This document shows positions 1-12,014 of a stretch of DNA of 50,485 nucleotides, piece by piece (the first letter of the stretch is position 1; the number at the start of each line of letters is the position of its first letter). A model generated the notes under the pieces. The model saw nothing but the letters and a program-made list of their open reading frames with translations, had not been told where the DNA came from and searched no databases. A program made the position numbers and the translations under genes. The DNA comes from Macrostomum lignano (lineage: Eukaryota): NCBI GenBank assembly GCA_002269645.1, contig NIVC01004325.1, positions 1 to 50,485 on the forward strand, read 5' to 3'.

Positions 1-312
1 TTCTGAGTATGGATCACAGGTCCCAATTCTGAGGTTGGGATCACAAGTCCCATTCTGAGTATGGGATCACAGGTCCCATTCTGAGTATGGGAATCACAGG
101 TCCCATTCTGAGGTTGGGATCACAAGTCCCATTCTGAGTATGGGATCACAGGTCCCATTCTGAGTATGGAATCACAAGTCCCATTCTGAGGTGGGATCAC
201 AGGTCCCATTCTGAGTATGGATCACAGTCCCATTTTCTGAGTATGGAATCACAGGTCCCAATTCTGAGGTTGGGATCACAAGTCCCATTCTGAGTATGGA
301 TCACAGGTCCCA
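1..312. repeat. ~26-bp minisatellite (GGGATCACAGGTCCCATTCTGAGTAT) in a TR intron
   Basis: Direct tandem periodicity with frequent 1-bp indels. Confidence 0.95.
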
Positions 313-339
313 ATTCCGAAATCCAACAGTCAGACTTAC

Positions 340-482
340 AGTCGGCAGCCATGCCCAATTGCCAGGCACTTTTTAAACCGGCACTGCTGGCACTGGTTGC
401 GAGTGTTCTTGTCAATCTGACAGCTCTCGTTCCATTTGCAGTGGTATTGCAATTTCTTCTGAATTGTTCGTCGAAAGAAGCC
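340..482 (-). CDS. THR: Thyroid hormone receptor (NR1A), exon 4 in window: second zinc finger of the DNA-binding domain; gene continues beyond the window start
   Basis: Acceptor ttatttgcag|, translation [43 protein letters not shown](M)AAD, donor t|gtaagt (phase 1). The exon is 143 nt rather than 142; an extra base in the CCC run at 354-356 shifts the GMAAD motif out of frame. Confidence 0.93.
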
Positions 483-623
483 CTGCAAATAAATAATGAT
501 CACGCGGGGCTTGATGGTTGTTTTAAAATCATTTCTGAACTACTTTATTAATAAAAAGATTGATTTTAAGCGTCTGACTACTAAGAGTACTCTACTAGAG
601 TAAAAACAGTAGAACTAGAACTG

Positions 624-1763
624 ACTACTATAACATCTGAATGACCTGAGTTAACTAACATGACACCTGAATGACCTGAGATAACTACTATGACACCTGA
701 ATGACCTGAGGTAACTACTATGACACCTGAATGACCTGAGGTAACTACTATGACACTTGAATGACCTAAGGTAACTACTATGACACCTGAATGACCTGAG
801 GTAACTACTATGACACCTGAATGACCTGAGGTAACTACTATGACCCCTGAATGACCTGAGGTAACTACTATGACACTTGAATGACCTGACGAGGTAACTA
901 CTATGACACCTGAATGACCTGACGAGGTAACTACTATGACACCTGAATGACCTGAGGTAACTACTATGACACCTGAATGACCTGAGGTAACTACTATGAC
1001 ACTTGAATGACCTAAGGTAACTACTATGACACCTGAATGACCTGAGGTAACTACTATGACACCTGAATGACCTGAGGTAACTACTATGACCCTGAATGAC
1101 CTGAGGTAACTACTATGACACCTGAATGACCTGACGAGGTAACTACTATGACACCTGAATGACCTGACGAGGTAACTACTATGACACCTGAATGACCTGA
1201 GGTAACTACTATGACACCTGAATGACCTGAGGTAACTACTATGACCCCTGAATGACCTGAGGTAACTACTATGACACCTGAATGACCTGAGGTAACTACT
1301 ATGACCCCTGAATGACCTGAGGTAACTACTATGACACTTGAATGACCTGAGGTAACTACTATGACACTTGAATGACCTGAGGTAACTACTCTGACACCTA
1401 ATGACGGGAGTTAACTACTCTGACACCTGAATGACCTGAGGTAACTACTCTGACACCTGAATGACCTGAGGTAACTACTCTGACACCTGAATGACTTGAG
1501 ATAACTACTATGACCCCTGAATGACCTGAGGTAACTACTATGACCCTGAATGACCTGAGATAACTACTATGACACCTGAATGACCTGAGGTAACTACTAT
1601 GACACCTGAATGACCTGAGGTAACTACTATGACCCTGAATGACCTGAGATAACTACTATGACACCTGAATGACCTGAGGTAACTACTATGACCCCTGAAT
1701 GACCTGAGGTAACTACTATGACCCTGAATGACCTGAGGTAACTACTATGACCCCTGAATGACC
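624..1763. repeat. 30-bp minisatellite (TGACACCTGAATGACCTGAGGTAACTACTA), ~37 copies, TR intron
   Basis: Direct tandem periodicity. Confidence 0.97.
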
Positions 1764-2446
1764 GGATTTAACCACGACCTTTGTCATAGTATCTTGATGA
1801 AATATACTATAAATTACAGAATATCCTATTAAGAGTACAAACATTTGTTAAGAATTGTATTAACTATAAATTTCCTGTCATTCGGAACCTGATTGTGTAA
1901 CAGCTACAAACTAGCTAAGGAGGCCACTGCGAAAAACACAGGAAAAGACACGTTGAGATCGAGCGTTGCTGCACCTCACGCACCCCAACAACCCTAAAAG
2001 CCGAATTGAAACGCAATAGAAAAATAAAGTCTTTAGTTGGGGCTGAGTGGTGGACACAGTTCGGAATAACAACAGGCAGGTTTTAAACTGGCCGAGGTCA
2101 TGAACCTGCCAATAAAAACCTTTTCTCTTTTCTCTCTCTATCTCTCTTTCCTTTCGTTCCGAATTTCGAATTTTGCCCTTTCTCTAGTTGTCAACGCAAT
2201 CTGGGGTCGGCACGCATTCTATATGCACACTATATGAAATTCGGTTACGTAATATGCGCGGCAGTAAATAGATTGAGGGAGAGAGAGAGAGAGAAAAGGT
2301 TAACGAGCAAGAGCTGTTTAAAATCAGATTTTTTAATAGGTAAACCTATGGGGTTGGCACTTATGAATGTAAATCGCACGATAATCCACCGACAATCGCG
2401 CGACAATACATATCAAGGTTGTCGCAGTACATGATTAGTAGCTCAC

Positions 2447-2562
2447 CTTGCAGCCTTCGCAGGTCATGCAACGATAATGATAACCTGTGGCGGCATCGTT
2501 GCACACAATGCACGGCTCGGGTCCATTTGACAGGTCCATGTAGCTTGGGATGTAGGGCGTGC
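2447..2562 (-). CDS. THR: Thyroid hormone receptor, exon 3: first zinc finger and P-box
   Basis: Acceptor cacacgcgcag|, translation (S)[38 protein letters not shown], donor aag|gtgagc. [22 protein letters not shown] is the TR signature. Phases match the neighbouring exons (1 in, 0 out). Confidence 0.95.
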
Positions 2563-2590
2563 CTGCGCGTGTGAACAGGAAAAACGCGTG

Positions 2591-2605
2591 TAGTAGTAGT
2601 AGTAA

Positions 2606-2673
<68 letters not shown>

Positions 2674-2677
2674 ATAA

Positions 2678-2721
<44 letters not shown>

Positions 2722-2808
2722 ATAGTAGTAGTAGTAGTAGTAGTAGTTATTGTAGTAGTAGTAGTAGTAGTAGTAGTAGTTATTGTAGTAGTAGTAGTAA
2801 TAGTAATT
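2591..2808. repeat. (TAG)n microsatellite
   Basis: Visible trinucleotide run; it explains the poly-Ser ORF. Confidence 0.98.
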
Positions 2809-3276
2809 CTCTATTTGAGTAGAGGCAGATCAACATGTCATTTATTATCACCCCATAAATAATGTCGCACAGCTCCCGGAAAGCCCCGAGAACAGATGTT
2901 GAATTTCTCAGATCTATAAAAAGCAGCAAGTTCGACTATGGATACGAAAAAACTGTCGTAGTAAACAAGGCCTTGACGCAACGGCTTGCAATCAGTTAAA
3001 CAAACCTCGGCGTTACGTAATCAGTTTGGGAGCACAACGAATACTGTGACAGCAATAGTCCATAGCAGCTGACAGCTGCTGCACCGAATACATGTAGGGA
3101 CGAACATTCGTCAAAGAAAAATTGATGAGCAAATGCTACCCCTAGAAGCAATGACGGATGATGCTTGTTAAACTCGATTTACAAGCAAGCTGGGAAACTG
3201 GCTGAAACAGCCCTTTGTATAAAAGTATGTAGTAACAACGATATAAAATTACTTCGTTGAAGGCTCACAATAGGAC

Positions 3277-3755
3277 CCAATGACCCCATGACGAAGCAAT
3301 GACCGACCACTGTATGGGTATTGACAAACCACTGTATGACCCCATGACGGAGAGCGCAATGACGAACCACTGTATGACCCCATGACGGAGAGCGCAATGA
3401 CGAACCACTGTATGACCCCATGACGGAGAGCGCAATGACAAACCACTGTATGACCCCATGACGGAGAGCGCAATGACAAACCACTGTATGACCCCATGAC
3501 GGAGAGCGCAATGACGAACCACTGTATGACCCCATGACGGAGAGCGCAATGACGAACCACTGTATGACCCCATGACGGAGAGCGCAATGACAAACCACTG
3601 TATGACCCCATGACGGAGAGCGCAATGACAAACCACTGTATGACCCCATGACGGAGAGCGCAATGACAAGCCACCGTATGACCCATGACGGAGAGCGCAA
3701 TGACAAGCCACTGAATGACCCCATGACGTAGTAATGACAAACCACAGCATGACCC
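3277..3755. repeat. 38-bp minisatellite (CACTGTATGACCCCATGACGGAGAGCGCAATGACAAAC), TR intron
   Basis: Period of 38 nt; explains the three overlapping repetitive ORFs. Confidence 0.96.
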
Positions 3756-3873
3756 TACAAAGTGTACAAACGAAAACGCAGAACAGTTTAACTCATTCAT
3801 TCCACAAAGCCACAAAAAACTAAAAAACAGACTCCTTTGTGAATTATAAACAGCTCATAACGGGTGCACTCAC

Positions 3874-4043
3874 TTCCGTTTCTTGTTTTTCCACGTCGAC
3901 CATTTTTGGCAGCGGAGCTTTCGTCTTCAGTAGTTGTACTCGGCTGTAGCTGCTTCTGACTGGGACTTCGTTTGCCTCCTCCGACGCCACCACTGCTGCT
4001 GCCTCCGCCGCTGCCTCCGCTGACCGTCTGGCTTCGCTGACGG

Positions 4044-4079
<36 letters not shown>

Positions 4080-4579
4080 CTCGAAGCTGCTGTCATGGAC
4101 GACGAAGGCGTCAGATAGACTGTGTTTCTTCTAGGTGGCAGCATTGACGCAAGCTGCTGCTGCTGCTGCTGGGTATGCAGGTAGATTGACTGAGCTTGAA
4201 GACGCTGCTGCTGCTGCTGCATCAGGCCAGGTGGAGTCACCGTCGGTGAAGTTGACGACGACACCGATGAGTTCGGTGGCGAGGCCGGCAGGAAGCAGCC
4301 GGTGGCGGCGTTAGGAACAGCCGCCGCTGCCACCGCGGTCAGCGTCCCGTCGTGTGCGTACAGCGGCGGCGGCGGTGGCGGCTGAGGCATCGGGCCTTGA
4401 ATTCGCAGCTGACCCTGGTGATGATGCTGATGATGCTGATGATGATGAATGTGCTGATGCTGTTGCGAGGCGGGCAGTTGCAGGGTCGGCTGCATTGCGG
4501 TTGCGTAGAAAGAATCCGATTGTTGTGCATAGTGCTGCTGCTGCTGCTGCTGCTGCTGCTGGCTGCAGGATAGGCTTGT
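3874..4579 (-). CDS. THR: Thyroid hormone receptor, exon 2: low-complexity Q/H/A/S-rich A/B domain
   Basis: Acceptor ttttacag|aca in phase 0 reads TSLSCSQQQQ...ATAMQPTLQLP, in frame with ORF 3797..4495, and ends ...RRGKTRNG a|gtgagt (phase 1), matching exon 3. Confidence 0.85.
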
Positions 4580-4734
4580 CTGTAAAATTTGTTTTAGACT
4601 TCATGAATGTACGAGTATATTTGTATATGTATCAATTGTTTGATGCAGAATGACAGTGACTGCCCTCTGAAGGACTATTTGGGACAGAGGGGCTACAGCA
4701 ATACCCGCTGAAGGAAACATGTGTAGCAATACCC

Positions 4735-5003
4735 TCAACCCGCAGCATAGCAGCAATACCCAAAGCATAGCAGCAATACCCAAAGCATAGCAACAATACC
4801 CAAAGCATAGCAGCAATACTCACAGCTTAGCAGCAATACCCGCAGCTTAGCAGCAATACCCGCAGCTTAGCAGCAATACCCATGGGATAGCATGCAGCAA
4901 TACCCACAGCATAGCAGCAATACCCGCAGCTTAGCAGCAATACCCATGGGATAGCAGCAATACCCACAGCATAGCAGCAATACCCATTGGATAGCAGCAA
5001 TAC
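4735..5003. repeat. 20/29-bp minisatellite (GCAGCAATACCC core), TR intron 1
   Basis: Repeated GCAGCAATACCC with variable spacers. Confidence 0.93.
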
Positions 5004-5067
5004 CAGTGGGCTAGCAACTTTCAAACTTGCAGACACAGACAACTTGCACAGGTAAATCAGCACTCAC

Positions 5068-5427
5068 CTGACTGTAATCTGCCACCAGAGCCGACGAGAT
5101 CAACGGCAAGTCAGCGTCGATACCGTCATCGTGTTGATCTGTCACCATAGGCTGATCCTCATCGTCAGTGTAGTGAGCGGCCACCAGAGCCGAGGCTGGC
5201 ACCGTCCCGCCAACCTGGCCAACAATACACTCGCCCCTATTCGAACCGGTAACTAGGCAGCTCGGCTGCAAATAATAATCAACCGAATTGAACATTAGCA
5301 ACGAGGCGTCGGAGGCGGCGGAGGCAGCGGAGGCGGCGCTGTTCAAACCTCCGCCGATGCCAACCGGTTCAAGCTTGACAAGACTCGAACCCGAGCTGAG
5401 TCGACAAGCTGGCTGAGACGAGGACAT
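5068..5427 (-). CDS. THR: Thyroid hormone receptor, first coding exon (120 aa, MSSSQPACRL...DYSQ)
   Basis: ATG at 5427 with an in-frame TAA shortly upstream and an AG acceptor 13 nt upstream (5441-5442). Donor cag|gtgagt at 5067 is phase 0, compatible with exon 2. Confidence 0.8.
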
Positions 5428-5559
5428 TGTGTTTTAACAGCTAAGGTTAGCCCGCTTTGTCTATGACACCAGCTTCATTAGCGTTGACCATGGCTATTTT
5501 AATAATTAGAAACCAAAATATGTTTACAATCGAAGTATAAGTCCCCTATTTAATCCTGA

Positions 5560-5940
5560 TCTAAAAAATGAGAGGGGCGTGTATAAGAGAACGGAGGCAG
5601 ATATTCCGCGGATTGGTCCCTAGAATTTGCTTCGGTATAACTATAGCTGTGTTAAGCCTCTCTCTGCCCTCGCTTGCATGCGTGGGTGGGTGGGTGGGTT
5701 ATCCAGTTGGGTAAGAGGCAGCCAAGCCCAAGTGTACAGAGCCGGCGGAGCCTTGACCTCAGCTCCCAGGGCAGGGGCGGCGGTTTGTACGGACGGGGTC
5801 ATGCGACTCTGGCTGGGAGCGGGGAGGGCGGGTAGAGAGGGGAAGAGAGGCGAGAGGGAAAAGGAATGAAAAGGAACGCTCTCCATTCCAACTTCTAAAC
5901 GTACGCAACACGGGGAGGCCGCGATGAGTCATCGTCAACA
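5560..5940. promoter_or_regulatory. GC-rich putative promoter/regulatory region upstream of TR
   Basis: ATTGG at ~5612, GGGCGG boxes at 5820-5835 and TGAGTCA at ~5925, just upstream of the first TR coding exon. Confidence 0.35.
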
Positions 5941-6494
5941 CAACATGGCCACATGGGCTGGCTCTTTACAACACTACACTGACTATGCTCTATCTCTCTC
6001 TGTCTGTCTTGCTATTACGTTGGGGTTAGAAAATGTTCCAAGCTCTGTCTATCACCACGCTTGGGCTGGGCCTTGCCATTTCCAGTATTGCCTAGTAAGG
6101 GCTATTACGTAATCGCAGGGCCTCGCAGATTGGTATGGACTATGAACCCCCGCTAAAACGCATTGGTTCCCTCCCACTACTGAATATTAATACTCGTATA
6201 TAGCTCTTAGTGTACACTGTTGCGGCACTGGATGTACATCAACCCAAACCATGAACGAGGGAAATTCTGAGGTTAAATACTGTTACATTGAGGAAACAAT
6301 ATAATAATAAAATGCTTTGAGATAGCCACAACAGCAGTGCAAATTAAGTACGGATAGCTTTTTTTAGATTCTACTGCTGCTTCATTCTTGTAAAACTGAT
6401 TCTACTGGCAATTACAGATGCGGAACTATTTTATGCAATCAATTTGACAGTTAATTTATAACATTCAGTAAATTTTTGCTTGTTTACTTGCGAC

Positions 6495-6790
6495 TTGGCG
6501 AGGTTGTATAAAGGTCGGGGGTTCGATTCCCGATCTTACTGAAACTATTTGTGCCCTTGAGCAAGACACTTAACTCTGCACTGATTCAGTTCAACCAGCT
6601 GTAAAATGGGTGCCAGCATTAGCTGGGGTAATTGAGGGTGTGTGGCGACCCCCCCCCAGTCCTTGGACTGAACAGCAGTACGCAGCCTTCAGATGCGCCG
6701 CGCAATATCTGCGGCTGAGCTGTAGGTTGCATATCTGGCCCAATCGGGGCAGGAGTAGTTAATTATTACGAGCATATTATTATCATTACT
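6495..6790 (+). mobile_element. tRNA-derived SINE with CORE-like central domain
   Basis: B-box GGTTCGATTCC (6520-6530), then TGTGCCCTTGAGCAAGACACTTAAC...GCTGTAAAATGGG resembling the CORE domain, and an (ATT)n-like tail. A second copy lies at ~38065-38340. Confidence 0.8.
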
Positions 6791-6904
6791 AACCCTGATT
6801 AAAAATCTAGTTTCTTATCAGATTTTGGAGCTACATTTTGTGAGTTACGGTATGCTAGCCGACAAGAATTCTGCCCAAGAGATGTCATCAAACTTGCACA
6901 TGGG

Positions 6905-7360
6905 AGGTTGGACGAGCAACTGACACTCAGGGAGGCTGGCCCAGCAACTGACACTCAGGGAGGCTGGCCCAGCAACTGAGGATCTGGGAGGCTGGCCCAG
7001 CAACTGGGGATCTGGGAGGCTGGCTCAGCAACTGAGGATCTGGGAGGCTGGCCCAGCAACTGAGGATCTGGGAGGCTGGCCCAGCAACTGAGGATCTGGG
7101 AGGCTGGCCCAGCAACTGAGGATCTGGGAGGCTGGCCCAGCAACTGGGGATCTGGGAGGCTGGCTCAGCAACTGAGGATCTGGGAGGCTGGCCCAGCAAC
7201 TAAGGATCTGTGAGACTGGCCCAGCGACTGAGGATCTGGGAGGCTGGCCCAGCAACTGAGGATCTGGGAGGCTGGCCCAGCAACTGGGGATCTGGGAGGC
7301 TGGCCCAGCAACTGACACTCTGGGAGGCTGGCCCAGCAACTGAGGATCTGTGAGACTGGT
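6905..7360. repeat. 28-bp minisatellite (GAGGATCTGGGAGGCTGGCCCAGCAACT)
   Basis: Direct periodicity; same family as 8160-10660 and 35505-35940. Confidence 0.96.
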
Positions 7361-8159
7361 GCAGTACATCATAACCACATGCAACAGAACCCCAATTCAC
7401 AATAGCAAGCATAATTATTCAACAGTAAAAAACAAAAGGAGACTTAAGAAAACTTCCGTTTGGATTGAATATTTGTAAATAAAACTTGCATGCTTTGCAT
7501 TTTGTAAAACGTACATTTTAATGAATTTCACATATTTAGCATTAACAAATATATAATTAGACAGTGCAAAATTGTGTTTCTAAGATAAAACTTGTGGCCA
7601 AAACTGGTAGGTGGCCGCTGAAAAGTCTATGTACAATGCGGCAGTTGTACATTTTTAGCTACTTACTCGTATATGAAGTAAGTAGTAAGTATAGCAATTC
7701 TAAGCAAGAATTGATAAACAAAAAAGAGACATAAATTCATAGGCATACTTCTATCATAAGAGGGGACAACAGACGACAATAAATATTTTTCAACAACACA
7801 AGTAATAATAGCATATTGCGCAAGCAATGGCAAACAGCTGAACAAACGGTTTATTAAAAATATTTATGAGTTTGTTAACTATCATAATCGTACTCGTACA
7901 GCGGCAACAACATTGAGATAATAGGGCATTAGCAGAATGCGGAAGATGAGTGCTGCTACACGCCTCGAATCTTTGATGACAGTAAAGAAAAATTGAACAA
8001 TTAAGCACGGGCACCCAATGATTGCATGATTAAAAACAGTAAACAGTAATACGTTGTTAAAATTAGAATTGATCTTTTAATTAACAAGCTTTAAATACCT
8101 CTCTTGGTTTGGGTTAGTGCGTAGAATAGAGGGGGGAGGGTGACTCGCTTGTGGGTAAT

Positions 8160-10660
8160 AGGCCCAGTATCTGAGGATCTGGGAGGCTGGCCCAGTATCT
8201 GAGGACTCTGGGAGGCTGGCCCAGTATCTGAGGGCTCTGGGAGGCTGGCCCAGTATCTGAGGACTTTGGGAGGCTGGCCCAGTATCTGAGGACTCTGGGA
8301 GGCTGGCCCAGTATCTGAGGACTCTGGGAGGCTGGCCCAGTATCTGAGGACTCTGGGAGGCTGGCCCAGTATCTGAGGACTCTGGGAGGCTGGCCCAGTA
8401 TCTGAGGACTCTGGGAGGCTGGCCCAGTATCTGAGGACTCTGGGAGGCTGGCCCAGTATCTGAGGACTCAGGGAGGCTGGCCCAGTATCTGAGGACTCTG
8501 GGAGGCTGGCCCAGTATCTGAGGACTCTGGGAGGCTGGCCCAGTATCTGAGGACTCTGGGAGGCTGGCCCAGTATCTGACGACTCTGGGAGGCTGGCCCA
8601 GTATCTGAGGACTCTGGGAGGCTGGCCCAGTATCTGAGGACTCTGGGAGGCTGGCCCAGTATCTGAGGACTCTGGGAGGCTGGCCCAGTATCTGAGGACT
8701 CTGGGAGGCTGGCCCAGTATCTGAGGACTCTGGGAGGCTGGCCCAGTATCTGAGGACTCTGGGAGGCTGGCCCAGTATCTGAGGACTCTGGGAGGCTGGC
8801 CCAGTATCTGAGGATTTTGGGAGGCTGGCCCAGCAACTGAGAATCTAGGAGGCTGGTCCAGCAACTGAGGATCTGGAAGGCTGGCCTAGCAACTGACACT
8901 CTGGGAGGCTGGCCCAGCAACTGAGGATCTAGGAGGCTGGCCCAGCAACTGAGGATCTAGGAGGCTGGCCCAGTATCTGAGGACTCTGGGAGGCTGGCCC
9001 AGCAACTGAGGATTTTGGGAGGCTGGCCCAGCAACTGAGAATCTAGGAGGCTGGTCCAGCAACTGAGGATCTGGAAGGCTGGCCTAGCAACTGACACTCT
9101 GGGAGGCTGGCCCAGCAACTGAGGATCTAGGAGGCTGGTCCAGTATCTGAGGACTTTGGGAGGCTGGCCCAGTATCTGAGGACTCTGGGAGGCTGGCCCA
9201 GTATCTGAGGACTCTGGGAGGCTGGCCCAGTATCTGAGGACTCTGGGAGGCTGGCCCAGTATCTGAGGACTCTGGGAGGCTGGCCCAGTATCTGAGGACT
9301 CTGGGAGGCTGGCCCAGTATCTGAGGACTCTGGGAGGCTGGCCCAGTATCTGAGGACTCTGGGAGGCTGGCCCAGTATCTGAGGACTCTGGGAGGCTGGC
9401 CCAGTATCTGAGGACTCTGGGAGGCTGGCCCAGTATCTGAGGACTCTGGGAGGCTGGCCCAGTATCTGAGGACTCTGGGAGGCTGGCCCAGTATCTGAGG
9501 ACTCTGGGAGGCTGGCCCAGTATCTGAGGACTCTGGGAGGCTGGCCCAGTATCTGAGGACTTTGGGAGGCTGGCCCAGTATCTGAGGACTTTGGGAGGCT
9601 GGCCCAGTATCTGAGGACTCTGGGAGGCTGGCCCAGTATCTGAGGACTCTGGGAGGCTGGCCCAGTATCTGAGGACTCTGGGAGGCTGGCCCAGTATCTG
9701 AGGACTCTGGGAGGCTGGCCCAGTATCTGAGGATTTTGGGAGGCTGGCCCAGTATCTGAGGACTCTGGGAGGCTGGCCCAGTATCTGAGGACTCTGGGAG
9801 GCTGGCCCAGTATCTGAGGACTCTGGGAGGCTGGCCCAGTATCTGAGGACTCTGGGAGGCTGGCCCAGTATCTGAGGACTCTGGGAGGCTGGCCCAGTAT
9901 CTGAGGACTCTGGGAGGCTGGCCCAGTATCTGAGGACTCTGGGAGGCTGGCCCAGTATCTGAGGACTTAGGGAGGCTGGCCCAGTATCTGAGGACTCTGG
10001 GAGGCTGGCCCAGTATCTGAGGACTCTGGGAGGCTGGCCCAGTATCTGAGGACTCTGGGAGGCTGGCCCAGTATCTGAGGACTCTGGGAGGCTGGCCCAG
10101 TATCTGAGGATTTTGGGAGGCTGGCCCAGTATCTGAGGACTTTGGGAGGCTGGCCCAGTATCTGAGGACTTTGGGAGGCTGGCCCAGTATCTGAGGACTT
10201 TGGGAGGCTGGCCCAGTATCTGAGGACTTTGGGAGGCTGGCCCAGTATCTGGGGACTTTGGGAGGCTGGCCCAGTATCTGAGGACTTTGGGAGGCTGGCC
10301 CAGTATCTGAGGACTTTGGGAGGCTGGCCCAGTATCTGAGGACTTTGGGAGGCTGGCCCAGTATCTGAGGACTTAGGGAGGCTGGCCCAGTATCTGAGGA
10401 CTTTGGGAGGCTGGCCCAGTATCTGAGGACTTTGGGAGGCTGGCCCAGTATCTGAGGACTTAGGGAGGCTGGCCCAGTATCTGAGGACTTTGGGAGGCTG
10501 GCCCAGTATCTGAGGACTTTGGGAGGCTGGCCTAGAAACTGAGGACTTTGGGAGGCTGGCCTAGAAACTGAGGACTTTGGGAGGCTGGCCCAGCAACTGA
10601 GGATCAGGGAGGCTGGCCCAGCAGCTGAGGATCTGGGAGGCTGGCCCAGCAGGGAGGTCA
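8160..10660. repeat. 2.5-kb 29/28-bp minisatellite (GAGGACTCTGGGAGGCTGGCCCAGTATCT)
   Basis: Direct periodicity; explains the long repetitive ORFs at 8091-10682. Confidence 0.98.
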
Positions 10661-11496
10661 GGGAGGTTGGCGATAGGTCCATGAATTCATTAAAACGGAA
10701 AGATGATTACAAATCTAAGATAGGTAACTGGTTCGATCGCAAAGAAGTGAAACTGTGCAATTAAACACGCGAAGGCGGCAGCGAGCGAGGCAAAAAAAGA
10801 AACAGAGCGGCAAAAAGCAGAATAAATTCGAATATGCTAAATAATCATATTTTAACAGAAAATGGCTCTATTTTCTAACATTTAGCAGAGCAGAGCGGCC
10901 CGGTAGCGGGGGACTATGAAGCAATAAATCCGTCGCAAACAGGGCGGGCACAACAATAGACGCTATTACTAAAACACATTAAGCGATTAATAAACTGCAC
11001 AAAGTATACTACTTATACTACTAATGTACAACTGAAAAATGTATATAGCAACATGCAAATAGACAAATTATGTAAAAAAATAATAAACATATAGTTATAA
11101 AATACAAGTGCACACATAAAACTCTAAATAAGCTACTAATTATTAGTAGTAGTTACACGAGTAGTTAATATCGTTACTGATGGTTTTCTCATTCTATTTC
11201 AGCAGAAGTAAATTCTATTTTGTATGCACTAGCTGAAATTTGATTCAAGGCTGTGTCTGTCGGCAAGATGAAAGAGTAGATGAGTGAATAGCTTGTCGAA
11301 GGCAATCATACGATTGTGCCTTTGGCTATAATAATTATCCAATTATCCAATTTCAGCTAGTGCAAACGAAATAGAATGTGAGTTTGACTAAAATGAATTT
11401 TGTCTAAGGCAGGATTTTGTGTCCACGGGACGAAGAAAAGAATTCACTTAATTCACAATCGTAGTTAATTTGTTAATTTCACAACCCACCACCCCA

Positions 11497-11790
11497 CGTT
11501 CTCCCACTGACGAAATTGAATGCACTATTTGTGTACACACAAGCTTCCCCAACCCGCCACTGACAAAATTGAATGCACTATTCGTGTACACACAAGCTTC
11601 CCCAACCCGCCACTGACGAAATTGAATGCACTATTCGTGTACACACAAGCTGCCCCAACCCCCCACTGACGAAATTGAATGCACTATTCGTGTACACACA
11701 AGCAGCCCCAACCCCTCACTGACGAAATTGAATGCACTATTCGTGTACACACAAGCTGCCCCAACCCCCCACTGACGAAATTGAATGCAC
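11497..11790. repeat. 53-bp tandem repeat, ~5.5 copies, just downstream of the mam stop codon
   Basis: CCACTGACGAAATTGAATGCACTATTCGTGTACACACAAGC.. recurs every 53 nt. Confidence 0.95.
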
Positions 11791-11858
11791 TTTAGCTATA
11801 ATACTCGTAGAACAAGAAAACCAATAATAAACACGATCTGTTGTAGTAAAGCACGCAG

Positions 11859-11982
11859 TTACGCGGAACCGTAGTAGTTGGAGTTGTGATAGATAGCTTG
11901 CTGTCCAGGCGTGCTGCTGTTATAGTTAACAGACGCAGAGGGCTGCTTGGCAGAAGATGTAGAAGCATTAGTGTACGAATAT

Positions 11983-12014
<32 letters not shown>

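Noticed and set aside
624-1763. CRISPR-like appearance, and resemblance of GAGGTAACTACTATGAC to the 28S helix-69 motif
   Set aside because: The units are contiguous with no unique spacers, the context is a eukaryotic intron, and the rRNA resemblance is a short gapped match not extended by flanks.
2830-2915. Possible extra TR exon after ttttatag on the minus strand
   Set aside because: No recognisable motif, and exon 2 already joins exon 3 in frame.
8091-10682. Long ORFs (257, 150 and 532 aa) of GQPPRVLRYWASLPESSDTGPASQSPQIL repeats
   Set aside because: They are translations of a 29-bp minisatellite that lacks stops on one strand; there is no unique domain or splice support.
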